Positions 1 through 8,391 of a stretch of 10,147 nucleotides of DNA are shown here, one piece after another (position 1 is the first letter of the stretch; the number at the start of each line of letters is the position of its first letter). The stretch comes from Tubiluchus corallicola (taxonomy: Eukaryota; Animalia; Priapulida). Where the stretch lies: assembly GCA_030141605.1 (NCBI GenBank), contig JAQGDQ010002190.1, positions 1 to 10,147 on the forward strand, written 5' to 3'. The translations under genes and the position numbers were made by a program. Under the pieces are notes generated by a model. It was not told the origin of the DNA. It ran no database searches and saw only the letters and a program-made list of their open reading frames with translations.

Positions 1-320
1 AGCAAGTAGGTGCGAGAAACTAGGTCACTTTACACTGATATTTCAGTTCTCTAACATTGCGCTGAACGTATAACAGGTTTAGTTGTTATAACTTTGTGCA
101 GTAATACGAAATTTTTGCTGCGCTTTAATGTACTTTGTTCTCGTGGCTTCCATAGCAAAATCTTCTTGAATTACAGTTATTGAAACCACGTTTTGGGCAG
201 ATTTCGCTGTCGCGAATTACACAATTTAAAGAATTCGCACAGTTGACTTGATACTGCTTGGTAAACGTCGAATAATTAATTTATTCACACTCGCAGTATT
301 ATAATACTTTATTAATAAAC

Positions 321-1650
321 ATGGAAGACGAGGATAATATTTATACAAGAGAGCAGTTGGACACTTTGCCAATGTCCGAGCTTCGAGAAATAGCTAGGTC
401 ATTGGGTATGATGTCTTTGTCCAATAGGCGGGTTGTTCTTATTGACACAATATTAGAAATTCAGGGCCAGCGCCCAGTACCATCGGAATCCCAACAAAGA
501 ATGGTATCCCCCGTCACTACACTGTTGTCAGCAGTACAACAGACAGTCGAGAAAACACAAGCTACGATGTTAGCGCCGCCCTCTCCCGACCTGACACAGC
601 TTACCTTGCACCAAACACCAGCAAAACAGCTTAGCGATCCTACCACACAAATAACTACTAGTAATGCGACAGGCATGTATGATTTAACTGGGTTGCCCCC
701 AGATGATAAAGTTAAATTAATTTTGCAACTGGAGGAGTCCAGAGCGAGGGAAAGAGAGTTAGCGAGAGACAGAGAATGGCAGATGCGTGAATTAGAGATA
801 AAGGAACGTCAACAGGAACGAGAGAAAGAGCGTAAAGAAAGGAGGATGGAGAGAGAGTGGGAAGCAATGCAAGAAAGCATAAGACATGACAGAGAGTTGC
901 AAAGAGCGCGTCTTTCATTAAACGCATCAAACACAAATGCAAACTCTACATCTACTGAATCCACACAGCATATTAAACTCAAAGTGCGACCTTTTAAGGA
1001 AGGTCAAGGTGAGTCGATCCTGGAGTACTTGGCTTATTATGAGCGTTGTTGCCAAGTGAATGATATGCCAAGGTCACAGTGGTGTTGTTCTCTTGCCCCT
1101 CATCTCTCGGGTAAGGCTAGTTATGCCTTCCAACTTATTGAAGGGGATGATATTCGTTCTTATACCAAAGTCAAGGAAGCCTATATGGTGACTCCTGAGA
1201 GTTACCGCATAGCGTTTAGGGACCTTTTTAAACGTAAAGATGAGACGTGTACGCAGACAGTGGTACGTCTCAGGCAGAGCCTACGGGACTGGGCAGATGC
1301 TATGTCGGTCACTAGTAAAGATCACGCCCTAGATTTAATAGCCTATGAGCATTTCATGACAATAATCCCTGCAGAGGTCGCTTTGTGGCTGAAGAAAAAT
1401 AGCATCTACAAACTTGACGAAGCCGCCCAAAAAACTGATGCTTATATTTCAGCTCAGAATCCCAGAGCAACCTCTATTAAATTCTCTTTATCATCAGCAA
1501 ACCGTAAACCTGACTTAAAACCTGCAACACCCAAGGGAGGAACTGCACCAGCCAGAGTGCAATGTTACCATTGTGGCCCTGCAGGGCCATTATTCTTCCT
1601 CTTGCCCAAGAAAGAAGGCCCCTCCTACTGAAAGGCCTAGATTAGCATGA
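321..1650 (+). pseudogene. gag: gag: N-terminal helical domain, E/R-rich coiled coil, capsid with SCAN-like C-terminal part, and a CCHC zinc knuckle broken by a +1 frameshift
   Basis: ATG at 321. Capsid-like segment YLAYYERCC...W...LAPHLSGKA...Y.KVKEAY..TPESYRIAFR...EHFMTIIP..V..WL. Removing one G from GGG (1584-1586) restores CYHCGPAGHYSSSC (CX2CX4HX4C), which then reads to TGA at 1648-1650. Confidence 0.88.
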
Positions 1651-1754
1651 GAGACAAACCATTGCACAAACAACTTTTGGTCTCTTCCGCCTCAGATATG
1701 TCAGCTTTAGTCACGGCTGGGGCAGGAACCGAATAGTGTGTGTCTGTTAAACCA

Positions 1755-2012
1755 TATTTTCGAGCCGTCTTGAATGGAAAAGACGTCACCGGGTTGCGAG
1801 ACACTGGAGCCTCAAAGTCTGTTGTCCACCCAGACCATGTCCGCCCTGAACAATACGTGAAAGGATTGTCCAACCAGTTGTCTTGCATACATAACTGTGA
1901 CAAATCTTGTCCCGTTGCTATTGTTGAAATAGAATCGCCTTACGCTACAGGTTATCTGACAGTCACCGTCGCAGTTGATTGTCTAGTACCACTATTATTG
2001 GGGAATGACTTT
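1755..2012 (+). other. Retropepsin-like aspartic protease domain
   Basis: LNGKDVTGLRDTGASKSVV (catalytic D at 1800-1802) and C-terminal LLLGNDF motif. Confidence 0.9.
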
Positions 2013-2574
2013 GAAACTGAAATCTCTCCATTTTTGTCAAAGAAAGACAAATCTAGTGGGACAAACAAGCAACAACCCAAGCAACCTGGGAAAGGTCCCA
2101 CACTCAGAAACCAACCATTAACTTCGGGGGAAGGTCTGGAGACACCCAAGTTGTATTCTCGGGTAGTTCAGTCTACTGAGCAAATGAGCATGTCTGCTCC
2201 TCAACCCAGTTGGGAACCTCAGCCTGTTGCAGATGCAGACGCTACAAAATCTGTTGCATTCCCGATAGTAACTAGAGCTCAGGCAAGGGCTCTAACTGAA
2301 CAAGAAAAACAGGATGCAGAAATACAGCACCAAGCTAGTTCTGATGCACCCCTACCTGTCTTAAATGAGAAACAGGCTAGGAAACAACAGAACCTTGCAG
2401 AATTGGTGCAAAGAGAACACTTAATAAGTGAAAAGAAAAATGATGTTACTTTGCGCAACTTATTTGACCATGTGCAAGCAGAGGCTGAATGCAAAGCCCA
2501 GAAAGCTGGCTACTTCTTAAAGCAAGGAGTACTTCACACAGTGTGCCGTAATGCAAGAGGAGGCCACCCTGACC

Positions 2575-3655
2575 TTCTAGTAGTACCCTCAGTCCGTCGT
2601 CAGCAAGTGCTCGAGCTTGCCCATGACGAACTGCCAGCTGCACATCAAGGGATGCGCAAGACCATTGATCGGGTCTTATCCCAATATTATTGGCCCAAAG
2701 TCTTGAGTGACATTAAGGCATATGTCAAGTCATGTTTAGCCTGTCAAAGAGCATCTAAACGTAGGACTGCCGACAGAGCTCCACTCAAGCCTTTGCCAAT
2801 AGTCAAGGAGCCATTTGCGCAGATCTGCATAGACCTGATTGGCCCTTTAACGAGAACACGCTCTGGTCATAAGTATGCTTTGGTCATCGTCGATCAAGCA
2901 ACCCGATATCCGGATGCCTACCCCCTCAAATTAGAGTCAGCAGAATGTGTTGCACAGGCTCTCCTCCAATTTATTTGTAGGCATGGCATACCCAAAGAAA
3001 TATTATCAGATTGTGGTGCGCAATTCACTTCGACTCTCATCATGAAGCTTGAAGATGCTTTAGGTATTAAAGGAATGTTTGCAACACCTTACCATCCGAT
3101 GACGCAAGGTGTCACGGAAAAATTTAGTGACTCACTCAAGAGTTTAATAAGGAAGTTGCTACAAACTCAACGTACCTTTGAATGGGATGAATTAATCCCG
3201 TTTGTACTCTTTGCCTATAGAGAGACACCCCAAGCTTCTTTAAAGTATAGCCCATTCGAACTGATATATGGCTTCCCAGTTCGAGGCCCAGTGTCAGCCC
3301 TACGAAGAAGATGGGGTTGTACAGACCCTCCATCATATGACAATGTTGATGATTATGTTGATAGGGTCATCAATGAATTAGGGCAATCCACCGAGGAAGC
3401 TCACCAGGCCTTAAACCAGGCCAAACTAGCCCAAAAAAGATGGTACGATAAAGTATCATCTGCCCGCTCATTGGAAGTCGGACAAGAGTTGTTAGTTTTA
3501 TTACCATCTTCCAAGAAAAAAACTAAATCGAATCTGGCAAGGCCCCTACCAAGTGGTTGACAAGTTTTCAGATCATACTTATAAAGTTCAGATTTCCAAA
3601 CCTGGTGTAAAAGTACGTAAAAGGACGTTTCACATAAACTTATTAAAGCCTTTGG
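2575..3655 (+). other. Integrase domain (HHCC, DD35E core, GPY/F motif)
   Basis: H 2622, H 2643, C 2733, C 2742. D 2832 (CIDLIGP), D 3009 (ILSDCGAQF) and E 3117 give exact D-35-E spacing. After the A7 frameshift the frame reads KLNRIWQGPYQVVDK (GPY at 3541-3549), then FHINLLKP. Confidence 0.93.
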
Positions 3656-3899
3656 TGAAACAGTCAGAGAGCATCGCTCTGTTTTCCAAATGCCAACAGT
3701 CAGATTTGGTATTTCCAGGGGTAGATGACCTGTCTCCAAGTTATGATGAGGTAGAATTGGCTCCTATCCCTATGCAGGCAGCTCAACTCCCTGAAGTTGC
3801 TTTCTTACCCTCAGCGCTACAAACTCAATTCGCCACAGATGCGGAGATACCAGAGCACCTAACCAAACAACAATCTTGCCAACTTAGTCAGCTTCTACG

Positions 3900-4590
3900 A
3901 AAGCACGCTGACATTTTCTCAGACGCCCCAGGCCGAACCCAGGTAACAGAGCACCATATCATTCTCTCAGATTATACTGCAGTGAATCAGCGAGCTTATC
4001 GCATCCCTCAATCTTGGAAAGAAATTGTCCGAAAAGAGATTATCGAGATGGAGAAGCTCGATGTAATTCAGAAATCCGACTCACCCTATGCTTCTCCTGC
4101 CATTTTAGTACCCAAGCAGGACCAAACCATTTGCTTTTGCATCGACTATCGTGCTGTGAATCGCAAGACACTTTTTGTCCAGTATGCAATGCCTAGGGTT
4201 GATGAGATGGTCGATGAATTGCACGGTTCAGAATGGATTTCCCACATTGATATGACGAAGGTATATTGGCAAATTCCTCTTGCCCAAGAATCCAGGCCAA
4301 TTTCTGCCTTCATAACAGACTTTGGGAAATGGGAATTCAAGGTTATGCCTTTCGGATTACAGAATGCGGCCCAAACATCTCAACAACTTATCGACATCCT
4401 TTTAGAAGATATCAGCCAGCATGCAAGAGGTTTTATCGATGACATATGTGTCAAGTCGAACAATTGGGATGACCACCTCTGGCACCTTGAAACGGTCTTT
4501 TGTATTTTAAGAGCAGCACAACTTACTATTAAGCCAAAGAAATGTTTCCTCGCCCAACGAGAAACAGAGTTTTTAGGCTATGTGGTGGGG
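3900..4590 (+). other. Reverse transcriptase domain (gypsy-type)
   Basis: SDSPYASPAILVPK, FCIDYRAVN, IDMTKVYWQIP, KVMPFGLQNA, FIDD catalytic motif at 4432-4443, KPKKC...FLGYVV. Confidence 0.93.
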
Positions 4591-4869
4591 CGTAATCGTT
4601 TACGTCCTCAAGCAGAAAAGACTCAGGCAATACAAAACTTCCCTCGTCCAGAGACGAAGACTCAAGTAAGAACCTTCTTGGGCTTAGTGGAGTTTTACCG
4701 TAGATTCATCCCCCACTTTAGCCAAATTGCTCTACCACTCTTTGAGCTAACTCAAAAGATCCAACCATCTACAGTCACAGTCTATAGTCTGCTGAGCATG
4801 AACAAAGCTTTGTTATCCTGCGTGACTTTCTTACCTCAGATAGTGTACTCCATAGTCCGAATTTTAGTT

Positions 4870-5240
4870 TACCTTTCATCGTAACTACTGACGCGTCAAT
4901 TCGGGGTTTGGGTGCTGTCTTGAGTCAGGAACAGGAACCAGGCAATGAAGTTCCGATCACCTACCTCAGCCGTAAGCTTACGTCTGCTGAGAAGAACTAC
5001 TCAGCTATTGAGCTGGAGCTCTTAAGTATTGTCCATGCTGTCGAGAAGTGGAACTACTATCTCGAAAGGCGTGAATTCACAATACGCTGTGACCACTCGC
5101 CTTTGCAAAATTTGCACAAAATGAGGCACTCCAATCGGAGAATCTCAAGGTGGGCACTCATTCTGCAAAACTATTCTTTCATGGTAGAACACCTACCTGG
5201 CAGAAAGAATGTGCCTGCTGACACATTATCACGCATATAA
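4870..5240 (+). other. RNase H domain (gypsy-type)
   Basis: PFIVTTDASIRGLGAVLSQ (D at 4890-4892), YSAIELELLSIVHAV, IRCDHSPL, NVPADTLSR: all four acidic catalytic positions are present. Confidence 0.92.
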
Positions 5241-5530
5241 TCATTTATGTCACAGTTATATATTTTTGCTAAAACACAATCAGCATTTCACATGACAAGT
5301 ATAACATGCATAATTTGACATGTTCGAAACACAGTGGAGTACGGCGTGAATACCTAAGCTTCAGGTTGGGAGTACCCCTTTTTTTTGCTCTCGATATTGA
5401 ACAAGTCGAAACTGATTTATTTTGGGTTCTGTTAATGTAAATATGTTTGGTGATCTTTATCCAAAACTTCTTGTAGTGCTGAAACCCTTACTATTTTGCA
5501 AGCCAAATATCGGTATTTCAGCACTCGTTT

Positions 5531-5543
5531 GAGAGGTGGCCAT
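5531..5543 (+). other. Polypurine tract (plus-strand primer)
   Basis: GAGAGGTGG(C) plus the 3-nt spacer CAT lies immediately before the TGTAAT LTR start. It is short and imperfect. Confidence 0.7.
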
Positions 5544-6856
5544 TGTAATGACCCAGAATAAATCATTGAGCCGTACTTTAACTTGCAGATAAACATTAAG
5601 CTTTATTTTCGTATTTTGACACCAGCTTCTCTTTACTTATGTTCACTAAGTGTAAATTGTTTCTAGATTGTTACATTCAACTAGGTAGTACTATTTGTTA
5701 GTTTAGGGACTGTTAGTTCCCCCCCCCCCCGGTTGGGTTGAACGTGTAACTGTACGTTTGTGCATTTAATCGGATTGAAGCCAAACGCATAGATTTCTGT
5801 ACGTTCATGACACTGATTTCACGGACACGGGATATGCAGCTTGACTTTGGTTGGTTAAACTGCGTTTTTACGTTTTACCTGATTGTCCATGAGCTGACGT
5901 TTGAAAAGCTAATGATCTGTTTGTGGTTGTGGAAGATGTCCACTCATTGGTTTACATGGTTTTGCTGATCTTACCATGCCGGGAAGATGTAGTTTCGGAT
6001 CATGTGAGAGCACCGTCGTGCAGTTGGATAGGTGCCCAGCTCGATAGTCCATCGCATGGGACGGAGAAGTCGTCACCGCCCGGGTAGGAACTTTATGCCA
6101 ATAAACCGGAAGGCAAAGGTACCTGTTTATTTACGTTATCGTTAATTGGCGCCAGAGGGAGAACTTGTTTTGATGTGAATTTCCGAACGCATGTGTGCCT
6201 ACAGCTCCGTTCACACGTCACCCTTTTGTTAGACTTACGTTGAAACATTCAGCTACGCTTCTCTCAGACTTTTGCGTCGTTACTGTGGGAGTCGTGAACC
6301 CGTTACAAGAAGTCTGAACCATACTTCAGTCGTTCTAAAGGACTATGACCACAAGCTACACTTGTCTGGAGAAGATATTATGCTAGCGTACGCATTTTGG
6401 GGTGGCTGGTAGAGTAAGTAGGAACCCTTTAAATAGTTAGGAACACTGTATGATTTTTGTATGTTTTGTCATTGCATTTATTTCATGCCATGCTGTTTAG
6501 TAGCGTTTTCAGACTTACTTTTGCTTATTACTAATTTCCATTGTTTACAAAAAGCTCAACTATACAACTGTTTTTGTTTGTGTCATTAAACTTAATATTT
6601 TGTCATTTATTCGACTGGTTACAGTTTGGTTTTTGAGGTATGGATGGAAAACCTGTTTTTAATCCATCACACCACAAAAGAATCCATGCTATTTAGGTAG
6701 AGCCCCCTTAGAGTCTGCCTACCGTCAGCTACTGCCTGTTTCCTTTAGTGGGCAGTCGGTTAGTACCCCTAGCTCGGCCAAGGAACTGATCGAACTTAGC
6801 AGCGACTACCATTAATTGGCCCCTATGGTCTGCCCCTGTATGCACGGGCCATTACA
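5544..6856 (+). repeat. 3' long terminal repeat (~1313 bp)
   Basis: Starts TGTAATGACCC directly after the PPT and ends GGGCCATTACA, whose reverse complement TGTAATGGCCC matches 10/11. No long ORF. Candidate poly(A) signals are AATAAA 6100-6105 and ATTAAA near 6585. The partner 5' LTR is outside the window, so the boundaries rest on the PPT and terminal inverted repeats. Confidence 0.85.
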
Positions 6857-7062
6857 GTGACCTACTCGAAAAATACCAGTAGAATTCATCCATAAATGAA
6901 CTCAGCTTCATTAGATACGTGCGATATAGGCAAGGATCTGAAAGGCATAAACTGGGGTAATAGATAGGTACTACCTGATTTTTTTTGTTTTGAACAATTC
7001 AGCGATAAGAAGCAATGAAGCAAAGTTGAACAATAAAGAGCAACAAAGAAGAATTTCAAAAA

Positions 7063-7314
7063 GATGGAACAATGGCACAACAAATTAAATTTTGAAACCA
7101 CACATGAAAAACTGGAAATGTGAAGAGTCTAGACACAGCCTGGATTTGAATCAACAACATTTTACTTACAATTCATATGTTAGACTAAGACGTCTGCCTT
7201 CTGCTTTGCAAGCAGGAAGTCCATGGTTCAAATCCAAGCTCTCTTCCAACTTGTTATAACTCTTGTTTTTCACGTTTGGTTTCAAAATTTAATGTGTTTT
7301 AGGTTTGTTTCATC
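7063..7314. repeat. Fold-back (palindromic) repeat with ~91-bp inverted arms and tRNA-like B-box motifs; MITE-like or head-to-head SINE
   Basis: 7079-7112 vs 7265-7298 match 31/34 as inverted repeats, 7063-7072 vs 7305-7314 match 9/10, and 7138-7153 vs 7224-7239 match 14/16. All three pairs share one symmetry axis (coordinate sum 14377). Confidence 0.8.
7180..7248 (+). pseudogene. Degenerate tRNA-derived sequence (Ala-TGC-like anticodon arm and T arm)
   Basis: Anticodon-like arm TCTGC-TTTGCAA-GCAGG (7200-7216), 5-nt variable loop AAGTC, and T arm CATGG-TTCAAAT-CCAAG (7222-7238). The acceptor stem and D arm are not intact. Confidence 0.55.
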
Positions 7315-7393
7315 AGCTATATTGATCTTGAAGTTAAGATCATAAATAATTAAAAATTTTAAAATGTTTTATCTTTCTTTTACTTTTCTTTAG

Positions 7394-7579
7394 GTTATCA
7401 AAAGGTGCTGCCTTAGTGCTTGGTTTGGTGTTTGTTGGGACATTAGCCGCAGTTTGGTTAGGAGTAGGACTAGGACTCAGTAGTCGAGAAAAAGAGGACG
7501 CCACACCAAGAAGCTACTGGAAGGTTTTTAAACATGCAGCAGTCTCAGTCGATTCAGAGATATGTCCACAACAAGCCGT
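7394..7579 (+). CDS. GGT: Gamma-glutamyl transpeptidase (glutathione hydrolase), first visible coding exon; type II membrane anchor
   Basis: Polypyrimidine tract plus AG at 7392-7393. Reads LSKGAALVLGLVFVGTLAAVWLGVGLGL (TM)...FKHAAVSVDSEICPQQA. Donor GTATGC at 7580 is phase 2, compatible with the next exon. Confidence 0.85.
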
Positions 7580-7828
7580 GTATGCGTTTCAAAAAACCTT
7601 TTTTAGCTTAAATAATTAACATCACGTGTTATTCAAATACTATTCTATGTTTATAGCCATATCGTACACATTTCTGTTAGTTTACATTGTATGTTCGATA
7701 TATATGTGGGTATGGTGTGAGCCTGGTAAGTTAGATTCCGGTACGCCATACGCGTTTTCATTGAGCGCTGGATACTAGTGTGACGAACTGTATATAAAAA
7801 ACAACATTACTGAACTTATATTTAACAG

Positions 7829-7951
7829 GAAAATTTTGAAAGAAGGCGGTAGCGCTGTTGACGCCGCTATTGTAGCACTACTATGTGATGGAGTGATGAA
7901 TACTCAAAGTATGGGACTCGGGGGAGGATTCTTTATGACTTATTACAATAG
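7829..7951 (+). CDS. GGT: GGT coding exon (not in the ORF track)
   Basis: Acceptor TTTAACAG. Reads [40 protein letters not shown], the diagnostic GGT large-subunit motif. Donor AG|GTGACA at 7952, phase 2. Confidence 0.95.
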
Positions 7952-8391
7952 GTGACAAAATTAAATTGTTTTATCGCGTTTTAACAATGTTGAACGATCT
8001 CTACGATGTTTAACGCGTAGTATTTTTAACTGGCATCGAACTAAAATCGCTAACTGAAGCTTGTTGGTTTAAAATATTGTTCCAACATATGGCTTCATTC
8101 GGAACCATTATGTACCTTCGTTCAAGAGTGTTACTTAGTCACTCGCTAATTTGATTTTCAATTTTCTTTGCTGCTAATCGATTAAAGTTCTTTTTGCGAT
8201 AAACTTTCTCTAATTAGATGAGATGTTTTAAGAGTCTACATTTGACGTTTATGCTGTGTTCTTTTACTATTTGTATATGTAAGTATTTTAGCAATATTGT
8301 AACAGCTAATCGCTCGATTGCGTATTCTGTGCCAGTCTGTGGCCAAATGTCAAGGTATTGTTGAGTAGCGTAATATTGTTTTATCTCGTAG

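Larger units (their letters stand above)
1740..5240 (+). pseudogene. pol: pol polyprotein (protease, integrase, reverse transcriptase, RNase H) split over three ORFs by frameshifts
   Basis: ORFs 1740-3560, 3553-4884 and 4908-5240 join into one pol if one A is removed from A7 (3516-3522) and the frameshift plus TAG near 4771-4787 is corrected. It ends NVPADTLSRI* at TAA 5238-5240. An in-frame TAG at 1734-1736 lies just upstream. Confidence 0.93.
1..6856 (+). mobile_element. Ty3/gypsy LTR retrotransposon, Gmr1-like (PR-IN-RT-RH order); truncated at 5' by the window edge; coding-defective copy
   Basis: gag-like ORF, then pol with DTG protease, HHCC/DD35E/GPY integrase, gypsy-type RT (YASP, FCIDYR, MPFGL, FIDD) and RNase H (TDAS...ADTLSR). 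These are followed by a purine tract and a TG...CA LTR with 10/11-bp terminal inverted repeats. Confidence 0.95.

Noticed and set aside
1-20. AGCAAGTAGG as the tail of a primer-binding site
   Set aside because: No TGG start or LTR-ending CA is visible, and similarity to tRNA 3' ends is too weak without the upstream sequence.
461-4340. Short antisense and alternative-frame ORFs over gag/pol (e.g. 461-676, 712-942, 1637-1903, 3401-3739, 4014-4196)
   Set aside because: These are shadow ORFs of the coding strand with no recognisable motifs.
4432-4443. FIDD instead of YxDD as an inactivating change
   Set aside because: F occurs naturally at this position in various RTs, and both aspartates are intact.
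5368-5386. GGGAGTACCCC followed by a T-run, resembling an intrinsic terminator
   Set aside because: The context is eukaryotic and the stem is only 3-4 bp, so this is probably chance.
6147-6160. TGGCGCCAGAGGGA resembling a tRNA-Lys PBS of a nested element
   Set aside because: It is not preceded by an LTR-type CA end, matches only about 7 nt, and lies inside the TIR-defined LTR.
5241-6856. env or accessory ORF, or chromodomain
   Set aside because: There is no ORF of 60 aa or more after RNase H, and no chromodomain motif after GPY.
6896-6956. ATG-initiated mini-exon as the GGT start exon
   Set aside because: Its GTAATA donor is phase 1, but the 7394 exon requires phase 2.
7180-7248. Functional tRNA-Ala gene
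   Set aside because: No acceptor stem or proper D arm/A box can be folded, so it is treated as a repeat-borne relic.
7303-7332. 30-nt phase-2 micro-exon (FVSSAILIL)
   Set aside because: It is open in frame, but the GTTAAG donor is weak, it has no ATG, and the acceptor lies within the palindromic repeat arm.
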